A stretch of DNA of 64,000 nt from Clostridiaceae bacterium UBA6110 (GTDB taxonomy: Bacteria > Bacillota > Clostridia > Clostridiales > Clostridiaceae): the NCBI GenBank assembly GCA_002428415.1, contig DIWI01000011.1, positions 1,423 to 65,422 of the forward strand, in the 5' to 3' direction. Every line of letters starts with the position of its first letter. Positions within the stretch are counted from its first letter, which is position 1. Made by a program: the position numbers and the translations under genes. A model generated the notes under the pieces. That model was given only the letters and a program-made list of their open reading frames with translations, did no database searches and was not told the DNA's origin. This document shows, one piece after another, positions 1 to 9,474 of the stretch.

Positions 1-659
1 CTCAGCGTAAACCTTACATTTCTCAATGAAAGTCCCTGAAGGTCCTTTACGAAAGGCTCGCTGCATACGAGAGGTATCAGCGAAGGCTTTAGCGGAGCAA
101 TGCTGTGTCCAAGCTTCTCTATGAGTCCAAGGACCATTCCGTCCGATCCCGTTCCGAAGTAGGATGCTCCGCCAGTAGCGAATATGAATGAATCTCCTGA
201 AATTTTCCCTCTGCTTGTCTGAAGTGCAATAATCCTTTCTCCTTCAATGTCTATGCCCTCAACTTTAGTTGACAGCATCATCTTTACTCCTGATGATTCA
301 AGCTGCTTTTTAAGCACTTCTATGACATCCGACGATTTATCTGACTCAGGAAAGACCCTGTCGCCTCTTTCAATCTTAAGCTTTAGTCCGCGCTTGATGA
401 AAAAATCCATGACATCCATATTTGTGAATGTATATAGCGCAGAATACAGGAATTCCCTGTTTCTCGGTATGTTCTCAAAAAACTCGCTGATGTCCTTGCT
501 GCTGGTAAGGTTGCACCTGCCCTTTCCGGTAATGAACAGTTTCTTTCCGATACCAGGATTCCTGTCGATCAGTGTTACCCTGTTCTGCCTGACTTCAGCC
601 GCCCTTATGGCAGCCATGATGCCTGAAGGTCCGGCACCTACAACTATTATCTCCTTCAC
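1..659 (-). CDS. NAD(P)/FAD-dependent oxidoreductase, HI0933/BaiN-like flavoprotein (partial; C-terminus is left of the window)
   Basis: My own minus-strand translation; the gene is absent from the ORF track because it runs off the edge. It reads VKEIIVVGAGPSGIMAAIRAAE (GxGxxG), KLFITGKGRCNLTSS and FATGGASYFGTGSDGMVLGLIEKLGHSIAPLKPSLIPL, typical of the HI0933 family. The start is GTG 659 (or TTG 662) just after GGAAG. The + ORF 247..771 is its antisense shadow. Confidence 0.7.
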   Translation of the reverse strand, partial: MKEIIVVGAGPSGIMAAIRAAEVRQNRVTLIDRNPGIGKKLFITGKGRCNLTSSKDISEFFENIPRNREFLYSALYTFTNMDVMDFFIKRGLKLKIERGDRVFPESDKSSDVIEVLKKQLESSGVKMMLSTKVEGIDIEGERIIALQTSRGKISGDSFIFATGGASYFGTGSDGMVLGLIEKLGHSIAPLKPSLIPLVCSEPFVKDLQGLSLRNVRFTL

Positions 660-935
660 CAAATCACTTCCAATCAGTTTTAATGCAGTCAGTTTATCTG
701 CCGCATTCTTCAATAACCATTCTATACTTTATGCCATCTTTTTAATAGTGAAATTTAACGCTGCAGACTGATGGCAAAACTTGACCTGTGAAACGTGGAC
801 GACACTCACGAGTATAAAACAATGAATAAAAAATTCTCTTCAAATTAACGTATTCGTCATACACTGTGGAGGATGATAGATTATAATAAATTGCATGCAA
901 CTGTATTTTACTTGAAGAATCGAGGTTAAAAATAA

Positions 936-2189
936 ATGGACAGCTTTGAAAACATCACACAAGATGATGAAAATACAACTAAAAACTTTACCCATTGGAA
1001 AAGAAACACAGCAGTGTTTCTTGCAGGACAATCCCTGTCGCTGTTCGGATCTTCTCTTGTGCAATATGCCATAACATGGTACATAACCCTTACAACCGAT
1101 TCAGGATTCATGCTCACGCTTTCAATGCTTTTCGGATTCCTGCCCCAGCTTATAATCTCTGTATTCGCTGGTGTCTGGGCTGACAGGCACGACAGGAAGA
1201 AGCTGATCATACTGTCTGACCTTGCAATAGCATCGTCGACATTCATCCTTGCTCTGATGTTCATGTCAGGAATGAGGAGCCTTGAAGCAATATTCGCCGT
1301 TTCTTTCATACGTTCAATAGGAGCTGGAATACAGACTCCTTCTGTGAGTGCCATATTGCCCCAGCTTGTACCAAAGGACAAGCTGATGAAGATCAATGGA
1401 TTCAACTCATCGCTCCAGTCAGCCACAATGATAGCTTCGCCTGCACTTAGCGCATTGCTTCTCACCTACTCGTCAATGGACAGGATATTCTTCATCGATG
1501 TTTCAACTGCTGTAGCAGCAATCCTGCTTCTCCTGACACTTAAGATACCTGCTTACGTGAGGACTTCCGAACCTGATGCAAGATATCTTGATGAGCTTAA
1601 ACTTGGAATGAAATACGCAGTCCATAACAAATTCATAATAACGCTTATTTTCTCTCAGCTTGCCATAACCTTCCTTGTTGCACCTCTTGCAATGCTCACC
1701 CCTTTGCTCGTTGCAAGGAGCTACGGGGAGGAATACTGGAGACTCACAGTAAATGAGATCTCCTTCTTTGGCGGAACCATTCTCGGAGGCATCTTAATCG
1801 GATACTGGAAAGGCTTTTCAAACAGGATCGACACCCTCGGGGCTTCTATCCTGGCAATGGGTATATTGACTCTGGGGATGGGTCTTACCAGAGTATTCCC
1901 TGTGTATATCGGACTCATGCTTCTTATAGGTATCCTTATGCCATTCTTCAATGTGCCCATTTACTCTCTGCTGCAGGAAAATGTTCCTGAGGATAAGCTT
2001 GGACGGGTATTCAGCCTGATCAGCGCATCCTCTGTAATGATGCCTCTTGGCATGCTGCTCTTCGGGCCGCTTGCCGAGGTCATGCGCATCGAGTATCTTC
2101 TGGTGATCTGCGGAATCCTCATGTCCCTTCAATCAATATTCGTCCTGAGGAGCAGGAGCCTTAAGAATTACGAAACCCAGGAATTCTGA
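936..2189 (+). CDS. MFS transporter (MFS_3/EntS/macrolide-efflux-like)
   Basis: The 417-aa ORF has about 12 hydrophobic segments. It carries a WADRHDRKKLIILSD loop motif between TM2 and TM3, typical of this MFS subfamily. Confidence 0.8.
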   Translation: MDSFENITQDDENTTKNFTHWKRNTAVFLAGQSLSLFGSSLVQYAITWYITLTTDSGFMLTLSMLFGFLPQLIISVFAGVWADRHDRKKLIILSDLAIASSTFILALMFMSGMRSLEAIFAVSFIRSIGAGIQTPSVSAILPQLVPKDKLMKINGFNSSLQSATMIASPALSALLLTYSSMDRIFFIDVSTAVAAILLLLTLKIPAYVRTSEPDARYLDELKLGMKYAVHNKFIITLIFSQLAITFLVAPLAMLTPLLVARSYGEEYWRLTVNEISFFGGTILGGILIGYWKGFSNRIDTLGASILAMGILTLGMGLTRVFPVYIGLMLLIGILMPFFNVPIYSLLQENVPEDKLGRVFSLISASSVMMPLGMLLFGPLAEVMRIEYLLVICGILMSLQSIFVLRSRSLKNYETQEF

Positions 2190-2199
2190 TATTGACGTT

Positions 2200-2240
2200 A
2201 AAGGACCATCCCTTTTGAGAGGACAGTCCTTTTTCATTGC
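2200..2240 (+). terminator. Intrinsic terminator after the MFS gene, in the convergent gap with gdhA
   Basis: AAAGGAC (2200-2206) pairs with GTCCTTT (2226-2232). There is an inner CCTT/GAGG stem, and TTTTCATT follows. Confidence 0.5.
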
Positions 2241-2241
2241 T

Positions 2242-3609
2242 TTAATATTCGCCCTGTGCAGCCATTGCCTTGGCAACCTTGTCAAAGCCGGCTATGTTGG
2301 CTCCAGCCACCAGGTTGTAGCCGAATCCGTATGCCTCGGCGGCATCCCTTGCATTCTTGTGGATATTGGACATTATCTGATGAAGCTTCTGGTCAACTTC
2401 CTCCATCGTCCATGTAAGCCTCATGCTGTTCTGAGCCATTTCAAGGGCTGAAACGGATACTCCTCCGGCATTTGCTGCCTTGGAAGGTCCGATAATGACC
2501 TTGTTTTCCTGCATGTATTTAACAGCCTCGTTTGTACAAGGCATGTTTGCTGCCTCGCATACGTACTTGATTCCGTTATCAACTATCAGCTTCGCATGCT
2601 CAAGATGGATGTCGTTCTGTGTTGCACATGGCATGATTATGTCTACCTTGCGTCCCCACGGCTTCTCGCCAGGGAAGAACTCAGCTCCGAACTTGTCAGC
2701 GTAGTCCTCTACCTTATCTCTTCCGGAATTTCGCATCTCGACGAGATAATTGAACTTCTCCTCGGTATTGACACCATCAGCATCATAGACATAACCGTCA
2801 GGACCTGATAGTGTGACTACCTTTGCTCCCATCTCAGTAGCCTTTCGGCATACTCCCCAGGTCACGTTGCCGAAGCCTGAAGCTGCTATTGTCTTGCCTT
2901 CAAGGATATCGTTCTCGTGCTTCAGTATCTCATTGCAGAAGTAAACCACGCCGAAGCCGGTGGCTTCAGGCCTGATGAGAGATCCGCCGTACTGGAGACC
3001 TTTACCTGTGAATGCTCCGTTCTCGAATGCACCCTTTATTCTCCTGTAGAACCCGAACAGGTATCCTATTTCCCTTGCACCGACTCCTATGTCTCCTGCA
3101 GGAACGTCTACGTCAGGTCCGATATGCCTGTAGAGCTCCGTCATGAATGCCTGGCAGAATCTCATGACTTCCTCGTCTGACCTGCCTCTCGGGTCGAAAT
3201 CCGATCCGCCCTTTCCTCCTCCGATTGCAAGCCCTGACAGTGAATTCTTCAGTGTCTGCTCGAATCCGAGGAACTTCATTACTGAAAGATTCACAGAAGG
3301 CTGGAACCTGAGTCCGCCCTTATAGGGTCCTATGGCTCCATTGAACTGAACTCTGTAACCTCTGTTGACATGGAACTCACCTTCATCATCTATCCACGAA
3401 ACCTTGAACATGATCTGCCGTTCAGGCTCCACGAACCTTCCGAGAAGATTCATCCGGATGTACTCAGGATGCATTGCCAATACCGGCTCCAGGTTCGGAA
3501 GAACTTCCTCCACAGCCTGAATGAATTCTGGCTCGCCTGAGCTTTTCTTCTTTACGTCTTCTATTACCTTTTCAATGTATTCCTTAGGTCCTAGTACTGC
3601 TTTTGCCAT
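2242..3609 (-). CDS. gdhA: NADP-specific glutamate dehydrogenase
   Basis: Canonical GDH motif KGGLRFQPSVNLSVMKFLGFEQTLKNSLSGLAIGGGKGGSDFDP. The ORF track starts at 3711. ATG 3609 (MAKAVLGPKEY) follows a GGGGG RBS and gives the usual ~455 aa. Confidence 0.95.
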   Translation of the reverse strand: MAKAVLGPKEYIEKVIEDVKKKSSGEPEFIQAVEEVLPNLEPVLAMHPEYIRMNLLGRFVEPERQIMFKVSWIDDEGEFHVNRGYRVQFNGAIGPYKGGLRFQPSVNLSVMKFLGFEQTLKNSLSGLAIGGGKGGSDFDPRGRSDEEVMRFCQAFMTELYRHIGPDVDVPAGDIGVGAREIGYLFGFYRRIKGAFENGAFTGKGLQYGGSLIRPEATGFGVVYFCNEILKHENDILEGKTIAASGFGNVTWGVCRKATEMGAKVVTLSGPDGYVYDADGVNTEEKFNYLVEMRNSGRDKVEDYADKFGAEFFPGEKPWGRKVDIIMPCATQNDIHLEHAKLIVDNGIKYVCEAANMPCTNEAVKYMQENKVIIGPSKAANAGGVSVSALEMAQNSMRLTWTMEEVDQKLHQIMSNIHKNARDAAEAYGFGYNLVAGANIAGFDKVAKAMAAQGEY

Positions 3610-3807
3610 TCTCACTACCCCCAAATCAATGTATCTGTTGAACTGCAACATCCTCAGTTTCATTTTACTCTTTTTGATGACGGATATGAATATCGGAGAC
3701 AACTTTGTCACCTTTCCATTAAAACCTTTACATCATTAATTATTGCATAAATTATTGAGAATTTCACTCATGAAATCGAATCCAAACTCGCTATTTTTGA
3801 CTATTTA

Positions 3808-4665
3808 TCAATTATATATGTCGTACCTCTTCCAAATGTCTTCCAGTGTATTGAATGTTTCAGTAACGTGGTCTTTTTTCTTAAGTCCGACTGCAATGAT
3901 AAGCGCATTGATGACGCTCATTGGAGCAACAAGTGAATCAACGAACGAAGCCATGTTGCTCTGAGCGATAAGGCTAAGGTCTGCCCTTGCTGCAAGCGGT
4001 GAAAGAAGGCTGTCCGTTATGACACATATCTTGGTACCCCTCTCCTTTGCAAAATCAAGGACCTCGATGGTCTTGTTCGAGTATCTCGGGAATCCTATCC
4101 CGATGATAAGGTCCTCATCGCTTATCTTCAGCATCTGCTCAAATATGTCGCTTATGCCGTGGTTCAGCGACTTGACGTTTTCAAGGATCAGGTTCAGATA
4201 GAATGCGAAGAAATCAGCAAGTGTGCTGGAGCTTCTAAGGCCAATTATATAAATGTTCCTTGCACTGAATATCGAGTCCACGAATGAATCAAAGGTCTTC
4301 TGGTTGATCTTCTCCAGTGTAGCCCTTATGTTCTCCATGTCAGCCTTGAGCACTCCCTTGAGAGCATTCTCAGAGCTAACGAGGTCCTTAGTTATCTCAA
4401 GTCTCTGAACTGTGGTGAGCTTTACCTTCACCAGGTCCTGCAAGGATTTCTGCAGCTCAGGATATCCCTCATAGCCAAGCTCATTCGCGAACCTGACCAC
4501 TGTGGATTCACTTACACCTACATTTGAACCGAGTTTAGATGCCGTCATGAATGCTGCCCTGTCATAATGCTTCAGTATGAATTCTGCAATGAGCTTCTGT
4601 CCCTTGCTCAGCTTGGGGAATCTTCCCTGTATGTTGCGCATCAGGTCGTCTCTGTTGCCTTCCAT
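3808..4665 (-). CDS. MurR/RpiR family transcriptional regulator (HTH_6 + SIS domain)
   Basis: N-terminal HTH: LSKGQKLIAEFILKHYDRAAFMTASKLGSNVGVSESTVVRFANELGY. SIS domain: IYIIGLRSSSTLADFF. The preferred start is ATG 4665, after GGAAGGTGG. Confidence 0.85.
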   Translation of the reverse strand: MEGNRDDLMRNIQGRFPKLSKGQKLIAEFILKHYDRAAFMTASKLGSNVGVSESTVVRFANELGYEGYPELQKSLQDLVKVKLTTVQRLEITKDLVSSENALKGVLKADMENIRATLEKINQKTFDSFVDSIFSARNIYIIGLRSSSTLADFFAFYLNLILENVKSLNHGISDIFEQMLKISDEDLIIGIGFPRYSNKTIEVLDFAKERGTKICVITDSLLSPLAARADLSLIAQSNMASFVDSLVAPMSVINALIIAVGLKKKDHVTETFNTLEDIWKRYDIYN

Positions 4666-4780
4666 AAAATACCACCTTCCGTATGTATAAGATCTTATAG
4701 ACCTTATGTTTAAGGTCTTGTCGACCTTCCCTTGATTCAATTTTACTACAAAAAGCCTTCATATGAATTTATATTTTGCA

Positions 4781-4821
4781 TTTCCTGCAACCTTTTATTT
4801 GCAGGAAGAACCTATTCCTGC
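4781..4821. promoter_or_regulatory. Three copies of a TTCCTGCA(A)/TTGCAGGAA half-site upstream of the RpiR-family gene
   Basis: TTCCTGCAA is at 4781-4789, its complement TTGCAGGAA at 4798-4806 and TTCCTGCA at 4814-4821. The middle copy can pair with either neighbour. No U-tract follows either hairpin. Confidence 0.4.
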
Positions 4822-4936
4822 ATCAAGATTCTGATATATGAATCCTGGAGTCACCAGTTGACAATATTTCATTCACCATAATATTTATTATGTAGTGTTA
4901 CAGTTGTAGAAAAAGGCCTGCCGGCCATTTATCTCT

Positions 4937-5518
4937 TTATTCAGTTTCCACCCGTTTGAGGACAGGGCTTGCGATTTCTCCCCTCATTTCCTTAAGGCTC
5001 GTGAACCCGAACTGCATGAGGAACTCGTCGGTGGTTCCATAAAGCCTGGGCCTTCCCGGAGCATCCTTTCTTCCAACTTCCTTGATAAGCTCTTTCTCCA
5101 TAAGCTTCTGCAGTACATATTCGCTGCTGACTCCTCGTATCTCGTCGATCTCAACCCTTGTTACAGGCTGTTTGAACGCTATTACTGACAGGCTCTCGAG
5201 AGCTCCCTTTGAAAGACTCTGACGTTCGTTGACACCAAGAAGCAGCCTCAGAAATGGCGCATTTTCTTCACACGTACCAAGCTGGTACCTGTCCTCTATC
5301 GAAAGCAGCTTGAGTCCTCTCCCTTCCTGTGATAGCGAGGACCTGTATCCATCAACTACCTGTTCCAGTATCTCGGCAGAAATTCCCATTATCCTTGCCA
5401 GGTCACAGCCCTTTACAGCCTCCCCTGATGCGAAAAGCAGACTTTCCAGCACCCCTTCAAGCTTCTTCATATCATGGCCTAGTGTCATTTCTGTCTGTAC
5501 TGTCGTCTCCATCTGCAT
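4937..5518 (-). CDS. scpB: Segregation and condensation protein B
   Basis: LEGVLESLLFASGEAV N-terminal motif and winged-helix repeats. The true start is probably ATG 5470 (TGAtATG coupling to the scpA stop) rather than 5518. Confidence 0.9.
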   Translation of the reverse strand: MQMETTVQTEMTLGHDMKKLEGVLESLLFASGEAVKGCDLARIMGISAEILEQVVDGYRSSLSQEGRGLKLLSIEDRYQLGTCEENAPFLRLLLGVNERQSLSKGALESLSVIAFKQPVTRVEIDEIRGVSSEYVLQKLMEKELIKEVGRKDAPGRPRLYGTTDEFLMQFGFTSLKEMRGEIASPVLKRVETE

Positions 5519-6242
5519 CCCCCTTTGCTACTATGATTTCAGAAAAGATATCTTCCTGTGACAATGTCACCTTTCTTCCTCTTGCAAGCTCAAGCACCGC
5601 AAGGAATATTACTATGGCCTCGTACTTCGAATGGGACCTTTCAAGCATGTCGAGCAGCCTCAGAGGTTTTCCTGCGAAAATCACCCTTTCAAGCTCCTCC
5701 ATCTTGTCCTCGATCCTGTAGCTTTCGGCCTCTATGCTCTTTGCCATTGTCGATTCTTTGTTTATCTTAGCCTTCTTCCTGTCCATGAGGTCTACATAGG
5801 TCTTGTGCAGCTTCTCCATTGTAAGACCCTTGAGAAGCTCTGAAACAGAGACCTCTTCAGCTTCGATTGTCTCCGGCATCTTTGTGAATATCCAGATGTC
5901 ACGCCCGAACCGCTCAGCCAGCTCTTCCGCTATCAGCTTGAACGCTTCGTATTCCTCTATCCTCAGGACCAGCTTCTCCTTGATGTCCTCCTCGTCCTCG
6001 GGCTCTACGTTCCTTGGAAGCAGCTCCCTGGACTTGATCTCAATCAGGGTCGCAGCAATAACAAGAAACTCCGACGCGATTTCCATGTCCAGCTCGTTCA
6101 TCTCATTGAGATAGGCTATGTATTGTGAGGTTATCTCCGAAATCCTGACATCCCTTATCTGCATCTTGTTTGCCCTGATTAGGTGCAGAAGAAGGTCGAA
6201 TGGTCCTTCAAAATTAGTTATGTTGAGCCTTAGTTCAGACAT
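5472..6242 (-). CDS. scpA: Segregation and condensation protein A (kleisin)
   Basis: NFEGPFDLLLHLI N-terminal signature. The gene lies directly upstream of scpB. Confidence 0.9.
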   Translation of the reverse strand: MSELRLNITNFEGPFDLLLHLIRANKMQIRDVRISEITSQYIAYLNEMNELDMEIASEFLVIAATLIEIKSRELLPRNVEPEDEEDIKEKLVLRIEEYEAFKLIAEELAERFGRDIWIFTKMPETIEAEEVSVSELLKGLTMEKLHKTYVDLMDRKKAKINKESTMAKSIEAESYRIEDKMEELERVIFAGKPLRLLDMLERSHSKYEAIVIFLAVLELARGRKVTLSQEDIFSEIIVAKGDADGDDSTDRNDTRP

Positions 6243-6255
6243 CGGCAGCTTCCTC

Positions 6256-7323
6256 TCATAAAATATTATTGTTCGCTACATTCATAGCGACTGCTTCAAG
6301 CAGATTTTTCGCTATCCTTCTGATATTTTCATCTATCCTGCCATTTATGGCTTTTTCCTCACCTGAAGCGAATTTTGTCAGTTCATCACGGCATGACTCC
6401 CTGAGGACTCTTGTAGTTTCTCCTACAAAGTCAATTGAACCAAGCAGACATGATGCTTCATGAAGAACCTTCACAGCCAGTTCCCTGTCCGGAGGAGTGA
6501 CTTCCTGACCGCCAGCCACAGCGTACCCAGTGTCATATGTCAGATGGTTCACTTCCTTGAGCTTCCATAGCGTATCCATAAACATCCTGATATCATCGGT
6601 CCTTCTGCCTTCCCCGAGCATTGCAGCCATGTTGCCTGCTACCATCTCGATATTCGTGAAGATTCCAGAATAGAGCCTTGTGAATTCAGCCCTTGAGAAG
6701 CTCTTTTCACCTGACAATATCTCTCTGGCATGGTCAAGGCCTTCCATAGTATTCTCCTTAACCAGCTCAAGTCTCTTTTCAGGCAGCTTCCTGTAGTATA
6801 ACACGGAAAACAGCCAGTTGAAGATAAGTGCAACAAGGATTCCAAGTCCCAGGGCAGCAATTCTGAGCCTGAAGGTATACAAGATGCTTGGAACGCCCTG
6901 AGGGTCGCTCTGCATGTACTGCGTCATATAGACGCATGTAAATATGGCTACAGGTGATACCATCCTCCAGTTTATCTTAAGAGATACGTAGAGTACAAGC
7001 CCCATTGATATTGAAACTGTCACCACATTCAGCCCGAAGAGCTGCACCGCCAATCCTGTGGCTGCTGCTCCAAGAGCTGATGCAAGCAGCTGGCTGAGTC
7101 CTCCCTTTATCCCGTGAAGGTTCACAGGCTCCAGGTTGTACATTACACCCACAAGCACCGAAATCATATCAAGCCTTGTAAGAGGGAGGGCTCTGCCTAT
7201 TATGTACCCTGCTGCCACTGCAGCCATGGACTTGACAATAAATAGCCATGAATCGAGAAGCACAGCTTCCCTTTTCAGACCGAGGAGCTTCTTAAGGTTC
7301 ATCCTGTACCCCCACCTTTCCAA
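6256..7323 (-). CDS. FUSC/aromatic-acid-exporter-like integral membrane protein
   Basis: The N-terminal ~170 aa contain 5-6 TM segments and are followed by a helical cytoplasmic domain. The family call rests on overall architecture only. An alternative start is at 7302. Confidence 0.45.
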   Translation of the reverse strand: MERWGYRMNLKKLLGLKREAVLLDSWLFIVKSMAAVAAGYIIGRALPLTRLDMISVLVGVMYNLEPVNLHGIKGGLSQLLASALGAAATGLAVQLFGLNVVTVSISMGLVLYVSLKINWRMVSPVAIFTCVYMTQYMQSDPQGVPSILYTFRLRIAALGLGILVALIFNWLFSVLYYRKLPEKRLELVKENTMEGLDHAREILSGEKSFSRAEFTRLYSGIFTNIEMVAGNMAAMLGEGRRTDDIRMFMDTLWKLKEVNHLTYDTGYAVAGGQEVTPPDRELAVKVLHEASCLLGSIDFVGETTRVLRESCRDELTKFASGEEKAINGRIDENIRRIAKNLLEAVAMNVANNNIL

Positions 7324-7888
7324 TCCTTTTTACCCCTGACTGTGTAATAACCAGGTCTGACTTCACATCAAGGCCGGTGAATGGAACACTCTCAACCACA
7401 AGTGCGTCAAAGCACAGGATAGCTTTAACTGCCTCGCTTCCCGCAAGAAACCTGTCATAATAGCCTGCACCGTGACCGATCCTCATCCCCTCAAGGTCGC
7501 ACGCTAGACAAGGGACGAGAATCAGGTCGCCTGAACCTGGCAAAACCTCCTGACAGCCCTCGTAAGGCTCCAGGATGCCATATCTTCCCGGTACAAGATC
7601 ATGAAGCCCCCTGATTTCACATGGGACCATTATCCCTTTCCCGAAGGTCTTCGGGACTGTGACCCTTTTGCCGTCAGCTATCGCTCTTTGGATTATCTGC
7701 CTGGTATCAACCTCCAGGTCCATTCCAACAAAGGTGAAAATGGTACCTGCAGCCTTATATTCAGGAAGAGTGAATACCTTCTCAGCTATTTCACCGCTCC
7801 ATTCAATTATATTCTGATGTCCGAAGGTATCTGCTATTCTTCTCACTGTTTTCCTAAGCGCATCCTTCTTTTCTTCTATTTTACCCAC
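7292..7888 (-). CDS. 5-formyltetrahydrofolate cyclo-ligase
   Basis: GHGAGYYDRFL motif near the C-terminus and a length of ~198 aa. Confidence 0.85.
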   Translation of the reverse strand: MGKIEEKKDALRKTVRRIADTFGHQNIIEWSGEIAEKVFTLPEYKAAGTIFTFVGMDLEVDTRQIIQRAIADGKRVTVPKTFGKGIMVPCEIRGLHDLVPGRYGILEPYEGCQEVLPGSGDLILVPCLACDLEGMRIGHGAGYYDRFLAGSEAVKAILCFDALVVESVPFTGLDVKSDLVITQSGVKRIGKVGVQDEP

Positions 7889-7934
7889 TTGTCACACCTC
7901 CTTAATCCACACCTCAATTATATGCATCCAGCCC

Positions 7935-7964
7935 AAAAAAGAAAAGCCGGGGATTTACCCCGGC
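7935..7964 (-). terminator. Intrinsic terminator of the SH3b-deacetylase gene
   Basis: GCCGGGG-ATTTA-CCCCGGC hairpin at 7946-7964. On the minus strand it is followed by UUUUCUUUUUU. Confidence 0.8.
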
Positions 7965-7988
7965 TGGGAACATCTCAGCTTCCATTCC

Positions 7989-9311
7989 TCAGTTCACCAT
8001 GTCCTCCACTGTGCAAAATATGTATCCTCTGTCCTTCAGACCCTGTATTATTGCAGGCAAAGCCTTCTGGGATTTGTAGGAATGCATGTGAAAGAGCACT
8101 ATGCCGTTGTTCGTCGCATTACTGAGCACATTGCTGACTATGCTTTCTACTGTCGAGTATGATGCCCAGTCAGCAGGATCCACAGACCATAGGACCGCAT
8201 ACTTCATGCCCTCCTCACCGGCAATTCTAAGGACTCTTGAGTCATAGGAACCATATGGAGGTCTTAGAAGGTAAGGGGTTACACCCGTGATGTTTTTTAT
8301 TATGCTGTTAGCTTCCCTTATCTGTCTCCTTATCTCGGCATCGCTCACCTTAGTAAGCTCAACATGGGATAGCGTATGGTTCTCTACCTTATGTCCTCTT
8401 GATGCTATTTCACCTATTATCGATGGATTTGCAGAAGCAAATGAACCTGTCGGGAAAAACGTGCTCTTTATTCCATACGCATCGAGTATGTCAAGTAAGT
8501 TTCTAATCTGTGATGCCGTACCGCTGTCGTCAAAAGTGAGTGCAATCCTCTTTCCTGTATACGGCTCATTCCCTTTCCTTATGGCTGCAGCTGAACCATA
8601 TGATGTCGAGGTTCCTGGAGGAGTTGATGAAAGGTATGCTGTGCTCACATAGCCGGATTTGCCACCATATGCTGTAGAAGCCCAACCATTGCTGGATGAT
8701 GAGATGCTCAGCTCATTACCTCTAGGAATCACTGCAAGAATCGCATAGCTTGTTCCAGGACCTGACCTAAGGTTAAGGTCTGCCGTGGTATATCTGGTGT
8801 ATGCACCACCGGTTTCTGGAAGCGAGCCTGTCAGATAGCTAAGGCTAAGGTATCCTGTCTTTCCGGAGTATGACGCATGTGCCCATCCTCCTGAAGTGCT
8901 GTCCACCATTACCTGCGCCCCCTTGGGAATGACCATGATTATGGAATATCCGGTACCTGGTCCTGTCCTGAAATTAAGGTTTGCAGTAGTCACCATGGCG
9001 GTGCCGCCTGAAGGTGAAGCAAGATATGTATTGCTGGCATACCCGACAAATGAGCCATATGTGGCATGAGCCCAGTTACCCGAGTAACTGTCTATTGAAA
9101 CCTCAGCTCCCTTTGGGATTACTGTAATTACAGGATATGCCGTACCGGGCCCGGTCCTCAGGTTCAGATTTGCAGTAGTGACTTTGATTTCAGCTGAGAG
9201 AGCGTGCAGTTTTTCACCCTCTGACAAACTTCCAATCAATGATATCAGCATCGCAATGACAACAGAAACAGCGAATCTTCTAAAAAGTGCTTTCCTTCCT
9301 CCGTGTCTCAT
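7989..9311 (-). CDS. Secreted protein with 3 SH3b (SH3_3) repeats and a polysaccharide deacetylase (NodB) domain
   Basis: Signal peptide. Repeats of TTANLNxRTGPGTxYxxIxVIPKGAxV...GWAHAxY.GKTGY. C-terminal NodB motifs IALTFDDS and HKVENHTLSH. Paralog of 56963..58456. Confidence 0.85.
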   Translation of the reverse strand: MRHGGRKALFRRFAVSVVIAMLISLIGSLSEGEKLHALSAEIKVTTANLNLRTGPGTAYPVITVIPKGAEVSIDSYSGNWAHATYGSFVGYASNTYLASPSGGTAMVTTANLNFRTGPGTGYSIIMVIPKGAQVMVDSTSGGWAHASYSGKTGYLSLSYLTGSLPETGGAYTRYTTADLNLRSGPGTSYAILAVIPRGNELSISSSSNGWASTAYGGKSGYVSTAYLSSTPPGTSTSYGSAAAIRKGNEPYTGKRIALTFDDSGTASQIRNLLDILDAYGIKSTFFPTGSFASANPSIIGEIASRGHKVENHTLSHVELTKVSDAEIRRQIREANSIIKNITGVTPYLLRPPYGSYDSRVLRIAGEEGMKYAVLWSVDPADWASYSTVESIVSNVLSNATNNGIVLFHMHSYKSQKALPAIIQGLKDRGYIFCTVEDMVN

Positions 9312-9474
9312 TTCAGCACCTCCCTGGGACCAGTTGAAACAAGAAGAAGCTATTGAAGCGATATTCTGTTTTCATCCTGATATTACCACTTGTACCTTTG
9401 CTCTTGGTTTCAAAAGTACGTCAAAACCATGAACAAAGGGTATACTTCCTATTGGAAGCACACCCCTTCGATCA

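Noticed and set aside
247-771. 174-aa + strand ORF at the left edge
   Set aside because: Its composition is Ser/Leu/Phe-rich and low-complexity, and it lies exactly antisense to a well-supported flavoprotein gene (GxGxxG, ATGGASY motifs). It is a shadow ORF.
2242-3711. N-terminal extensions in track ORFs (gdhA 34 aa, tlyA 69 aa, acn 32 aa, argR, rqcH, GNAT, small gene 2)
   Set aside because: The extensions have no homology to the respective families and often overlap neighbouring genes. Internal starts with strong RBSs fit the canonical protein N-termini, so coordinates were trimmed accordingly.
7889-7988. 6S RNA upstream of the 5-formyl-THF cyclo-ligase gene (as in E. coli ssrS-ygfA)
   Set aside because: The gap is only ~100 bp and is mostly occupied by the terminator of the upstream gene. 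That is too short for a ~180-200-nt 6S RNA.
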